Shown here: positions 40,228 through 49,099 of the stretch, one piece after another | Layout: the number at the start of each line of letters is the position of its first letter | Numbering within the stretch: the first letter of the stretch is position 1 | Translations under genes and position numbers: made by a program | The notes under the pieces: generated by a model | Databases searched by the model: none | The model's input: the letters and a program-made list of their open reading frames with translations, nothing else | Told to the model about the DNA's origin: nothing | Assembly: GCA_963665685.1 (NCBI GenBank) | Contig: OY762430.1 | Span: 91,838-155,837 of the forward strand | Length of the DNA stretch: 64,000 nt | Origin: Geopsychrobacteraceae bacterium | GTDB lineage: Bacteria > Desulfobacterota > Desulfuromonadia > Desulfuromonadales > Geopsychrobacteraceae | Direction: 5' to 3'

Positions 40228-42361
40228 GAGATTCCTGTTGTGCATTAGACAAGGCAGTTTGCATTAATTCCTTAAATTTCCCCCCAGCAAGTTCTTGAAT
40301 CAACTTTTTGGCACCTGGTCCTGAAAAATAGGGCAGGACTTGGATAATTTCCTGCTGTAGAGCTTTAATTCTGGGCGAAATAAAAAGCCCTTTTTTGGCG
40401 AGTAAGCGGCGAAACACAATGACACTGTCAGGGTTAGCGATTTCACCAAGAGTTCGTATGGTGGTCATTTGTAGCTGTAACTCTATGTCGGATGCTGCTG
40501 GAGTTTGAACAAGTGCGTGTAGAGTACTGAGAACTTCAGGGTCTTTACTCAAAGAAGCAATTTTAACGGCGGCTTCTCTCGTCCAAGGGTCATCGCTTTG
40601 CAGCTCTTGCCGTAAATACCGATTGGCCGGAACGGGATTGGTGAGAAGCAAGTTACCAATAGCCTCAATTCTGACCATTGGGTGGTCGTGATTACAAAAG
40701 GGCAAACTCGCTTTTAAGGTTGCCTGATTGGGTTGTTCTCTCAAGGCGATTAATAAGTTTCGAATCAGGTACCAACGTTCATCGGCGAGCGCTGAAATAA
40801 TTGTTTGTTGGGTATTGCTGCTAATCTTTTTAAGAATGTGTAGCCAGTGCATCCGTTCTTCTTTTGACGGGGCTAAACCAAGACGTTCAATAACCGGGGC
40901 GACGTAATGTTCCCCAACCGTTTGGACATAATGGGTCAATTCAATATGTTTTTCAGCCTCCCAGATATTGAAACCATCGAGGGTTTCGGCGATAAATGAT
41001 TTCTGAGAATGCGCTGCAATGACCTTCTCGGCAAAAATATCAAGGTTTGCATCGCCGCTATTCAGATGCTGGTTCCAGCTGATATAAATACTGGTGAGTT
41101 TTTTGAACCGTCCCGTATCCAGATAATATTTGGTCAGTTCAAGGAGTTGTTCCTGAATGGCGAGTTCTTGCTCCTTGGTAAGAGGATTCTCTAATAGTTT
41201 GAGGATGATTTGGGAAAAATGATCTTCAATTGACTGGTGTTCTAATAAGTAGCGCAATTCCGTCTTAACATTGTCTGGTATCAGATCGGGGCTGACTTTT
41301 TTTGAAAAAACATCATTTAATGCGGATTGGTATTGCTCTGGGAGATATGTTTCCTGCTGTTCTTCGCGAAATAGTTCATCGAGCCTGGCCTTGATGACAT
41401 CAGCCGACAAAGCAGCCCCTGAATGACGTTTACGTTGAGATTCGGAATTATTGTCAGAGAAGAGCTCCAGGAGGTTAACGAGGCGTGAAGAAACCTGTTG
41501 CTTTTGCTGACTTAATGACGCAAGGGATGCATTGATATATTGAGAAGATATTCCGGCTAAAATATTTTCCGCGGGCTGTGGATTTTTATCCAGTGCATTA
41601 ACAATGTGGCTTAGGAAGTGTTCTCTTGTCCTCGGATTCAGTTGTTGGAGGAGTTGATTTAAGCGTTGCCCGGCTTTGATTTGCTGGCTATTAGAACGTT
41701 CAGCATACATACTGTGAGTAATAAATTCAGTCAGGTTGGCGTGGTCATTGGCTGAGGGCTGGGTCTGAAGTTGATTTAAACTGTGTGCCAAATCAGAGAG
41801 TCTCTGGTCATTGTCACTGTCAAACGCCAGAATCCCACGGCTCAGACCGAAGAGGAAATTTCCCCACAAGTCAGAGTCTTCATTGTTCGTGTTGTTGCCT
41901 AATTCTTTGGCTTGAAAAGCGTCATAGTCAATAGCGATGACTTGGATATGAATGATACGCTGGTCCTCAAGAATAGAAGAGAAACCGCCGAACGATTCAA
42001 TATCGTTACGGTTACTTCTGAGTAATTGATTGAAGCGCATCAGTTCGTCTGTGGTTAATCCTTTTTGAAAGTTGACTGTTGCTATTCCGAGGTGGGTGAA
42101 AAAACGACAAAACTCTGCTACAGCTGAATGCTCATCGGTAAATTTCAATTGTTCAAAATAAACTGAATCCGGACCGATTCCTAGAGAGATTAATGGCGAA
42201 GAAAGAAAAAAATCTTGCAAAACCGCCAAGGTATTATTAATACTTTCCACAATCGCCGGATGCTCAGGAGGGTAGGTTGCCTGATGGCGCCTGGCGACAT
42301 TAAGCCTTTGGAGAAAAGTAATAATAAGAGGATTTTCAGTTTCTAATGGCCGTTTAGTCAT
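40214..42361 (-). CDS. HEAT-repeat protein, paralog A
   Basis: RWYLIRNLLIAL, MVRIEAIGNL, TTIRTLGEIA HEAT-like repeats; ATG 42361 preferred over the 42400 ORF start. Confidence 0.78.
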   Translation of the reverse strand: MTKRPLETENPLIITFLQRLNVARRHQATYPPEHPAIVESINNTLAVLQDFFLSSPLISLGIGPDSVYFEQLKFTDEHSAVAEFCRFFTHLGIATVNFQKGLTTDELMRFNQLLRSNRNDIESFGGFSSILEDQRIIHIQVIAIDYDAFQAKELGNNTNNEDSDLWGNFLFGLSRGILAFDSDNDQRLSDLAHSLNQLQTQPSANDHANLTEFITHSMYAERSNSQQIKAGQRLNQLLQQLNPRTREHFLSHIVNALDKNPQPAENILAGISSQYINASLASLSQQKQQVSSRLVNLLELFSDNNSESQRKRHSGAALSADVIKARLDELFREEQQETYLPEQYQSALNDVFSKKVSPDLIPDNVKTELRYLLEHQSIEDHFSQIILKLLENPLTKEQELAIQEQLLELTKYYLDTGRFKKLTSIYISWNQHLNSGDANLDIFAEKVIAAHSQKSFIAETLDGFNIWEAEKHIELTHYVQTVGEHYVAPVIERLGLAPSKEERMHWLHILKKISSNTQQTIISALADERWYLIRNLLIALREQPNQATLKASLPFCNHDHPMVRIEAIGNLLLTNPVPANRYLRQELQSDDPWTREAAVKIASLSKDPEVLSTLHALVQTPAASDIELQLQMTTIRTLGEIANPDSVIVFRRLLAKKGLFISPRIKALQQEIIQVLPYFSGPGAKKLIQELAGGKFKELMQTALSNAQQESHEAT

Positions 42362-42489
42362 GACTGTATTTCCAAAAAAATCAATTATTATAAGTTGCAA
42401 TACAACAGTATATCAGGAATATGGTCTATGCCGATAGTTCTCTTTAGACGGATTGTCAACTGCCAGAATTCTGCTTGTTCGACAAACTA

Positions 42490-42518
42490 TTGCATTAACC
42501 AATTTTTGGTGCTAGATT
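42490..42518 (+). promoter_or_regulatory. Sigma70-type promoter for the phoH operon
   Basis: TTGCAT(42490-42495)-17 bp-TAGATT(42513-42518) with extended -10 TG. Confidence 0.6.
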
Positions 42519-42554
42519 TCGAAAACCTATGAACAGACAACTAGTAGACTGCAC

Positions 42555-43541
42555 ATGAGCGTACGCGAACGATTTGAAGTTGGCGATGCGGCTCTTGCCA
42601 TAGAGTTATTTGGCCAGCAGAATAAACATCTTAAGCTCATCGAAAAAAAAATGGGCATCCGCCTCGGTAGCCAGGGCACAAGTCTCACTCTGACCGGTGA
42701 GAAAACCCAGGTTGAAATCGGGATCAGGTTATTTGAGGAACTCTGTGCGTTATTACGTGACGGGATGCCTGTATATCCTGCCGATATCGACTACGCTATC
42801 CGTATTCTCTCTGCAGATTCTAGTTCCTGCCTGAAAGATATTTTCTGCGATACCGTATTTGTCTCTGCCCGTAAAAAAATCATTGCTCCTAAAAGCTTGG
42901 CCCAAAAGCATTATATAGACCAGATCAGGCAAAATAACGTGGTCTTTGGTGTTGGCCCCGCTGGTACCGGGAAAACCTATCTGGCCATGGCTATGGGAGT
43001 TGCAGCGCTCATGCGTAAAGAGGTGAGCAGGATTATGCTGGTTCGTCCTGCGGTTGAAGCTGGCGAAAAATTGGGGTTTTTGCCTGGGGATCTGGCTGAG
43101 AAGGTTAATCCTTATTTGCGGCCTCTTTATGATGCTCTTTACGATATGGTCGATTTTGATAAAGCAAAGGAACTCGTTGAGACTGGCGTTGTTGAAGTTG
43201 CTCCACTGGCGTTTATGCGTGGTCGCACATTAAATGACGCTTTTGTTATTTTAGATGAGGCCCAGAATACGACCGTAGAACAAATGAAAATGTTTCTAAC
43301 TCGCCTTGGTTTTGGCAGTAGCGCTGTCATTACCGGGGATGTCACTCAGATAGACTTACCACGCGAAAACAAATCCGGGTTATTGAATGCTATTGATGTC
43401 CTTGTTGGCGTTCCCGGAATTGCCTTTACCCATTTCAGTGATGCTGACGTTGTTCGACACCCAATTGTTCAAGCAATTGTTCAGGCTTATCAACGCGCTG
43501 ATTTGCGTGCTCACGGCCAGGGGCACAGGGCCCGCGGGTAA
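42555..43541 (+). CDS. phoH: PhoH family protein (YbeZ-type ATPase)
   Basis: GPAGTGKTYLA, RPAVEAGEKLGFLPG, APLAFMRGRTL, LDEAQN, DVVRHP. Confidence 0.96.
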   Translation: MSVRERFEVGDAALAIELFGQQNKHLKLIEKKMGIRLGSQGTSLTLTGEKTQVEIGIRLFEELCALLRDGMPVYPADIDYAIRILSADSSSCLKDIFCDTVFVSARKKIIAPKSLAQKHYIDQIRQNNVVFGVGPAGTGKTYLAMAMGVAALMRKEVSRIMLVRPAVEAGEKLGFLPGDLAEKVNPYLRPLYDALYDMVDFDKAKELVETGVVEVAPLAFMRGRTLNDAFVILDEAQNTTVEQMKMFLTRLGFGSSAVITGDVTQIDLPRENKSGLLNAIDVLVGVPGIAFTHFSDADVVRHPIVQAIVQAYQRADLRAHGQGHRARG

Positions 43542-43568
43542 TACGCCTTTAGTGCTGACAGAGAGTAT

Positions 43569-45968
43569 ATGACTAAAGAAGATAAGAATAAGCTTTTGCG
43601 TAGCAGAGCAAGTTATTTTGGCGCTGGCTCAAACGCAAAGGGACGAGACCAGGTTGCTGGTTGGCTGCTTTTAGCAGTAACTCTTATATTGACGTTAATC
43701 GTTGTTCCTAAAGGTGGTTTTATCCCGGATTATCATGAGCCAGGGGATATTGCTGCCCGCGATATTAAATCTCCACGCGATCTTTTGGTCGAGGACGTGC
43801 CGCTCACTAATTCTAAACGAGAAGAAGCGGCTAATGGCATTCCTCTTGTTTATGATTATGATGTTGCTGCAGGTAGCCAGGCGATAAAGCGGATAAAGGA
43901 TGGTCTTGGCTTGCTCCTTCAACGCCAGGAAAATCCTTCGCCCCTTAATCTTGGCGAATTTTTGCCTTTGCTGGAAGCTGATTTTGGTGTCCCTTTAACG
44001 CCTGAAGAGTATCAGCCTTTGCTCAGCCTGCCTCTTGATCACGACCTTCCTGGTGCGACTGCAGATCTGCTTAAACCTGTTTTTTCTCACCCTATTGTTG
44101 CAAACATGGCAAATTTTAAGGCCCAGAAAGAAAAAGGGCTGATGCTGGTTGACCGCAATGCCGGAACAGAGCTTCCTGCTCAGTTACTGGAGCGTGTCAC
44201 AAGCCTTAATGATGCCCTGGCTGATGCACAGCGTCAACTCGACTTACTTGAAATTTCTGAGGTCCAAAGAGCTATTTTACTCAAGGTTGTGCAACAGCAG
44301 TTGCGGCCAAACCTTGCTTACAACGAAAGTGCAACAGAGCAGCGGCGGCAGGAAGCCAGTGCCCAAATTACTCCTGTTCTGTTTCAGATTAAAAAGGGAG
44401 AAATGGTGGTTCGCGAAGGTGAGCGTGTCACCTCCGACCAAATTCTGAAGTTAAAAGCCATTCGCGACTCAGGGCGTGATAATCGTAATTTTCAGACCGT
44501 GGCTGGCTTGTTCCTGTCTACATTGTTACTGTTATTTGTTGTAAATCTCTTTGCTAAGACCAATATCAGTAAGTATCGTCCTGATTCACGTGACCTCCTG
44601 TTTTTATCGGTCGTTTTCGTTGCTTTATTTGTCCTGATCAAAATCTCTATTTTTATTGCTGCTGCAATGGGTAGTACTTTTGCCTATCTTGATTCTTCTG
44701 CTTACCTTTATGCCGTTCCTTTTGCTACTGGCGCCATGCTGGTACGGATTGTCTTAAATTCCGAAACTGCGCTGCTTTTTGCCGTTTGTTTTACTCTGCT
44801 CGTAGGGGTTATCTTCGGTAATAATTTAATGATGGTTCTTTTTGTCCTTGCAGGCAGCTTGATGGGCGCACACGGAGTTCGTCACTGTCAACAGCGGACA
44901 ACTTTGTATCGGGCCGGTTTGTGGATTGGTCTCACGAATATGGCCTTGGTCCTGGGAACTCATCTTCTGGCTGGACACGTTTTTGAGTTGTTGCTGTTAT
45001 GGAAGATGGGGTTTGCTTTTTGTGGTGGTATCTTCAGTGCCGTATTTGTCAACGGTACAATTCCATTGGTAGAGCTGTTGTTTAAATACACCACGGATAT
45101 TAAGCTTCTTGAACTGGCCAATATGAACTCTCCTATTTTACGTCAGCTCATGATGGAAGCGCCTGGCACCTATCATCACTCTATACTAGTTGGAAATCTT
45201 GCTGAGTCTGCCGCTGAAGCGATTAATGCAAACCCTCTGTTGGCGCGTGTAGCTGCTTATTACCATGATATCGGTAAAATCAAAAAACCTCTGTACTTTA
45301 TTGAAAATGCTGGTGGTCAAAGAAATAAACACGATAAACTTGCACCCTCGATGAGTGCTTTGATCCTGACCTCACACGTTAAAGATGGTGTTGAGCTTGC
45401 TCGCGAGCACAAATTGGGAACCGAATTGATCGATATTATTCAGCAGCATCATGGGACCACGCTGATCAAATTTTTCTATGATCGAGCCAAAAATCAGTCA
45501 GATCCTGAGGTTCATCAAGTTTCCGAGCGTGATTACCGTTACCATGGGCCAAAGCCTCAGACCCGTGAGGCTGCGTTGATCATGTTGGCTGATGCTATAG
45601 AAGCTGCCAGCCGTACGCTTGCGGATCCGACCTCCGCCCGTATTCAGGGCATGGTTCAAAAGCTCATCAATAATATCTTTATTGATGGTCAGTTGGATGA
45701 ATGTGATTTGACTCTTAAAGATCTTAATCTGATTGCCAAAAGTTTTAACCGTGTCTTGTCCAGCTCATTCCATCATCGTGTTGATTATCCTGAGCCCGTT
45801 CATATTGTCCGGGATAAAGGTGAGACGGTTGAAAAATCTCCCGTCAAAGACAAAGTAAAGGTTAAATGTGCGAATTCAGATCGAAAACCAGCAGACAAAG
45901 TTCAAGATTCAGAAGCGTCAACTTCGCAAGGTAGCTCAGAAGATCTTAGACGTCTCGGGATTTCCTAA
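43569..45968 (+). CDS. 7TM-HD family phosphohydrolase (PgpH-like)
   Basis: Extracytoplasmic domain, about 7 TM helices, APGTYHHS, YYHDIGK, IIQQHHGT, YHGPKPQTREAALIMLADAIEAA. Confidence 0.92.
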   Translation: MTKEDKNKLLRSRASYFGAGSNAKGRDQVAGWLLLAVTLILTLIVVPKGGFIPDYHEPGDIAARDIKSPRDLLVEDVPLTNSKREEAANGIPLVYDYDVAAGSQAIKRIKDGLGLLLQRQENPSPLNLGEFLPLLEADFGVPLTPEEYQPLLSLPLDHDLPGATADLLKPVFSHPIVANMANFKAQKEKGLMLVDRNAGTELPAQLLERVTSLNDALADAQRQLDLLEISEVQRAILLKVVQQQLRPNLAYNESATEQRRQEASAQITPVLFQIKKGEMVVREGERVTSDQILKLKAIRDSGRDNRNFQTVAGLFLSTLLLLFVVNLFAKTNISKYRPDSRDLLFLSVVFVALFVLIKISIFIAAAMGSTFAYLDSSAYLYAVPFATGAMLVRIVLNSETALLFAVCFTLLVGVIFGNNLMMVLFVLAGSLMGAHGVRHCQQRTTLYRAGLWIGLTNMALVLGTHLLAGHVFELLLLWKMGFAFCGGIFSAVFVNGTIPLVELLFKYTTDIKLLELANMNSPILRQLMMEAPGTYHHSILVGNLAESAAEAINANPLLARVAAYYHDIGKIKKPLYFIENAGGQRNKHDKLAPSMSALILTSHVKDGVELAREHKLGTELIDIIQQHHGTTLIKFFYDRAKNQSDPEVHQVSERDYRYHGPKPQTREAALIMLADAIEAASRTLADPTSARIQGMVQKLINNIFIDGQLDECDLTLKDLNLIAKSFNRVLSSSFHHRVDYPEPVHIVRDKGETVEKSPVKDKVKVKCANSDRKPADKVQDSEASTSQGSSEDLRRLGIS

Positions 45969-46323
45969 AGGCGAATTATCGATTCTTATTTTAGATAATC
46001 AGGGCATTCAGGAAATTAATCGTGACTATCTGCAGCGTGATCGTCCGACGAATGTGATATCTTTTGCTATGCAGGAAGGGGAGGGTGGTGGTGTTAATCC
46101 AAACCTTCTCGGAGATGTGATTATATCTGCTGAGCGGACTGCCGCAGATGCACAAGAGGCCGGGATCTCATTCGATGAAGAGCTTTGGTTTCTTTTGCTG
46201 CATGGTATTTTACATCTGCTAGGCTATGACCATGAACGTGGTAGTGTCGCTGATGCTGAAGAGATGGAAGCAAAGGAAAGAGAGATCTTTGCCGTAGTGA
46301 AGGACTCTTTTTTGTTGTCCTGA
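45868..46323 (+). CDS. ybeY: rRNA maturation RNase YbeY
   Basis: INRDYLQRDRPTNVISF, LGDVIIS, HGILHLLGYDH zinc motif; GTG start, 101-bp overlap with the upstream gene. Confidence 0.95.
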   Translation: MRIQIENQQTKFKIQKRQLRKVAQKILDVSGFPKGELSILILDNQGIQEINRDYLQRDRPTNVISFAMQEGEGGGVNPNLLGDVIISAERTAADAQEAGISFDEELWFLLLHGILHLLGYDHERGSVADAEEMEAKEREIFAVVKDSFLLS

Positions 46324-46356
46324 ATATTAATCTGATCATAGGAGAAATAACATACT

Positions 46357-47217
46357 GTGGATACGGAACACTCGCAAGAGCCTGCCGGTTGGCTGACACG
46401 TTTATCTAGACGGTTGGTGCAGCGCCCGCAGGCTCATACTGAAGAAGATCTTCATGAATTTATTGACGCCTCTGAGCAGCAGGGGATCATTGATGAAGAC
46501 GAGGGGGATATGCTCCAGTCTATTTTGGAGCTGGATGAAACAATTCTACGTGAGATTATGGTTCCGAGGACCGGAATGGTCTGCATTGGTGCCGATGCTC
46601 CACTTAGTCATGCTCTGCAGACAATTCTTGAATCCGGTCATTCCCGTATTCCCGTTTATAAAGGTAATATCGATAACATCATCGGGCTCATCTATGCCAA
46701 GGATCTGTTGCGCTTCTGGGGCCGGGAAATAGATGATATCGCCCTTGCTGAAGTGTTACGCCCGCCTTACCTGGTACCAGAGTCTAAGCTGGTCAGTGAT
46801 CTGCTGAAAGAATTCCGTGAAACACGTGTCCATATTGCTATCGTCATAGATGAATATGGTGGCACGTCCGGCCTGATAACCATTGAAGATTTGATTGAAG
46901 AAATTGTCGGCGATATTCAGGATGAATACGACCGGGAAGAAGACTGGCTGGTGGAAGAACCTGACGGTACTGTTCTTGTTGACGGGCGTTTGGGAATTGA
47001 GGAATTTGAAGAACATTTTGATATTGAGGTTGAACGCGAAAAATTTGATACCGTAGGTGGCTATATCGTCGAACAATATGGTCGTGTGCCCGCCGCAGGA
47101 GAAAGAGTCAGAGTCGGCACTTTTGATATGCGTATTGAGCAGGGTAATGAACGCGTGATTCGAAAAATCCGTATTTTCCCAATTGTACCAGAAGCTACTG
47201 AAGACGATGAGGCTTGA
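46357..47217 (+). CDS. corC: HlyC/CorC family CBS-domain protein (Mg/Co transport associated)
   Basis: REIMVPR, GHSRIPVY, AIVIDEYGGTSGLITIEDLIEEIVGDIQDEYD. Confidence 0.9.
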   Translation: MDTEHSQEPAGWLTRLSRRLVQRPQAHTEEDLHEFIDASEQQGIIDEDEGDMLQSILELDETILREIMVPRTGMVCIGADAPLSHALQTILESGHSRIPVYKGNIDNIIGLIYAKDLLRFWGREIDDIALAEVLRPPYLVPESKLVSDLLKEFRETRVHIAIVIDEYGGTSGLITIEDLIEEIVGDIQDEYDREEDWLVEEPDGTVLVDGRLGIEEFEEHFDIEVEREKFDTVGGYIVEQYGRVPAAGERVRVGTFDMRIEQGNERVIRKIRIFPIVPEATEDDEA

Positions 47218-48727
47218 TCTTCCTCGCCTTGATAAGGTGTTGATTCTACCAGTCATATCCGGAATTCTCCTTAGTCTGGCTTTTCCTTTGGGGGATTTAT
47301 ATCCGTTAGCATGGTTCGGTTTGGTGCCAATGCTTCTGGTTATGAAAAAGCGTCCTTTTGCCTCTGGCTTTGCTAGCGGGATAGCTTTTTTTGCATCTAC
47401 GTTGTACTGGTTGAATATCGTCATGACAACCTATGGCGGTATGGCTCTGCTCTTTTCCTTGCTCGCCTATCTGTTCCTGGTCGTCTATCTCGCTGGTTAT
47501 TTTGGCTTGGCAACCTGGTTGGCTTGTCGCCTTCAACGTGAATTCTCTGTGCCTTCACTGGTTTCACTGCCGGTTTTGTGGGTCGCAGCAGAATACCTTC
47601 GCGGCTTATTGTTAACGGGGTTTCCCTGGGCGCTGCTCGGTTATTCGCAACAAAACTTTGCCGCGGCAATACAAAGTGCTGACGTGACAGGGGTCTATGG
47701 AGTCAGCTTTTTGCTGGTGGCAGTCAACTGTGCTTTAGCTGCATTGTTGTTGTCTCGTCATGATAAAAGGACTTGGGCAGGGGTCGCTCTTGTTGTGCTC
47801 ATGACCATCAGCCACATTGGGTATGGTTTTTTTCGCTTATCTGAAGATCTTGATCGTCGGTCAGAACAACTCAAGGTTTCTTTAGTTCAGGGTAATATTG
47901 ATCAGAAGCAAAAATGGGATGCCGGTTATCGCGAGGCAAATATTAATAAATATGTCCATTTATCCGAGTACGCTGCACAGCAGAGTCCGCAACTGATTGT
48001 CTGGCCTGAAGCGGCGACACCTTTCTATTTGCAGGAAAATAGCCAGTTCTCAACGCTGGTCAAGCAACTCCCTGAAAAAACAGGAGCTTATTTTTTGATT
48101 GGCAGTCCTGCTTACGAAGGGACTTCAGCTGCAACAGTCAGGTACTTTAATAGCGCTTTTCTGCTGGGTCCTGATGGGGCGATGATTGGTCGCTCTGATA
48201 AGATTCATCTGGTCCCTTTTGGCGAGTATGTTCCTCTCGCCAGCATCCTCTTTTTTATTGATAAGCTGGTTGTTGGTGTTGGTGATTTTTCCGCAGGTTC
48301 TGTTTCTCCTCTTCCAGTTGACGGGCAAAGTCTCGGAGTTTTAGTCTGTTACGAGGTTATCTTTCCTGAACTGGCACGGGCATATGTCGCTGGCGGGGCG
48401 GGACTATTGGTTAATTTGACCAACGATGCCTGGTTTGGGCGTTCCGCTGCCCCTTATCAGCATCTTGCCATGGCACGTTTCCGGGCCATTGAAAATCGTG
48501 TCTGGCTAGCCCGGGCAGCAAATACTGGTGTTTCTGCTGTTATCTCTCCTTCGGGACGAATTATTGCGTCTAGTCCATTGTTTGAAGATCGAGTGTTGAC
48601 TAATCGTGTTGGCCTGGGTGCAGATAAAACCTTTTACACTCGTTTTGGTGATGTCTTTGCCTGGGGGTGTCTGCTTGTTTCTTGCCTGTTAGGTTGTGGT
48701 CTTTTGTATCGCCGCTTTGCGAGCTAG
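47207..48727 (+). CDS. lnt: Apolipoprotein N-acyltransferase
   Basis: TGFPW, VQGNIDQ..KW, VWPEAA, KIHLVPFGEYVP, LVCYEVIF, NLTNDAWFG, RAANTGVS (E-K-C triad). Confidence 0.97.
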   Translation: MRLDLPRLDKVLILPVISGILLSLAFPLGDLYPLAWFGLVPMLLVMKKRPFASGFASGIAFFASTLYWLNIVMTTYGGMALLFSLLAYLFLVVYLAGYFGLATWLACRLQREFSVPSLVSLPVLWVAAEYLRGLLLTGFPWALLGYSQQNFAAAIQSADVTGVYGVSFLLVAVNCALAALLLSRHDKRTWAGVALVVLMTISHIGYGFFRLSEDLDRRSEQLKVSLVQGNIDQKQKWDAGYREANINKYVHLSEYAAQQSPQLIVWPEAATPFYLQENSQFSTLVKQLPEKTGAYFLIGSPAYEGTSAATVRYFNSAFLLGPDGAMIGRSDKIHLVPFGEYVPLASILFFIDKLVVGVGDFSAGSVSPLPVDGQSLGVLVCYEVIFPELARAYVAGGAGLLVNLTNDAWFGRSAAPYQHLAMARFRAIENRVWLARAANTGVSAVISPSGRIIASSPLFEDRVLTNRVGLGADKTFYTRFGDVFAWGCLLVSCLLGCGLLYRRFAS

Positions 48728-48903
48728 TTTTTATCCTGAAACGGCCCTTTTCCGTCGTGGCTGTGTCAATCTGCGGGCTTGCTTGTGCGACGTAAAGTAC
48801 TACGTCTTAAGCGCAAGCCCTTGATTTCCTTGCCACAACGAAAAATCGCTCGTTTCTAACCTGAAAACTTGAAAGTTTCAATTTGGAGCTTCCGGATGGA
48901 ACC
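48727..48903. repeat. MITE/REP-like palindromic repeat, copy 2, flanked by direct repeat GAGCTA
   Basis: Homologous to 15109-15284; GAGCTA at 48721-48726 and 48904-48909 (CGAGCTA if the boundary is shifted 1 nt). Confidence 0.87.
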
Positions 48904-49099
48904 GAGCTAATTATTTTACCTGTTTTGATTCTTTCTTGATCATTCCTTTTTCTGCCTTAATTGCTGTTCTGTTGCTATTGCTTGCTTTGGGATAGTGATC
49001 GTTTTATGTATTTTATCTTTGTTGCCATTTTTACTCTTTTTTGTCTTATAATTTTTACTTACCTGCTATCAGATTTACCTGCTTTGAGGGCTTAGCGTT

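Noticed and set aside
48936-48995. 19-aa hydrophobic peptide (MIIPFSALIAVLLLLLALG) resembling a type I toxin next to repeat copy 2
   Set aside because: TTG start without an SD inside a very T-rich tract that gives hydrophobic codons by default; no antisense RNA signature
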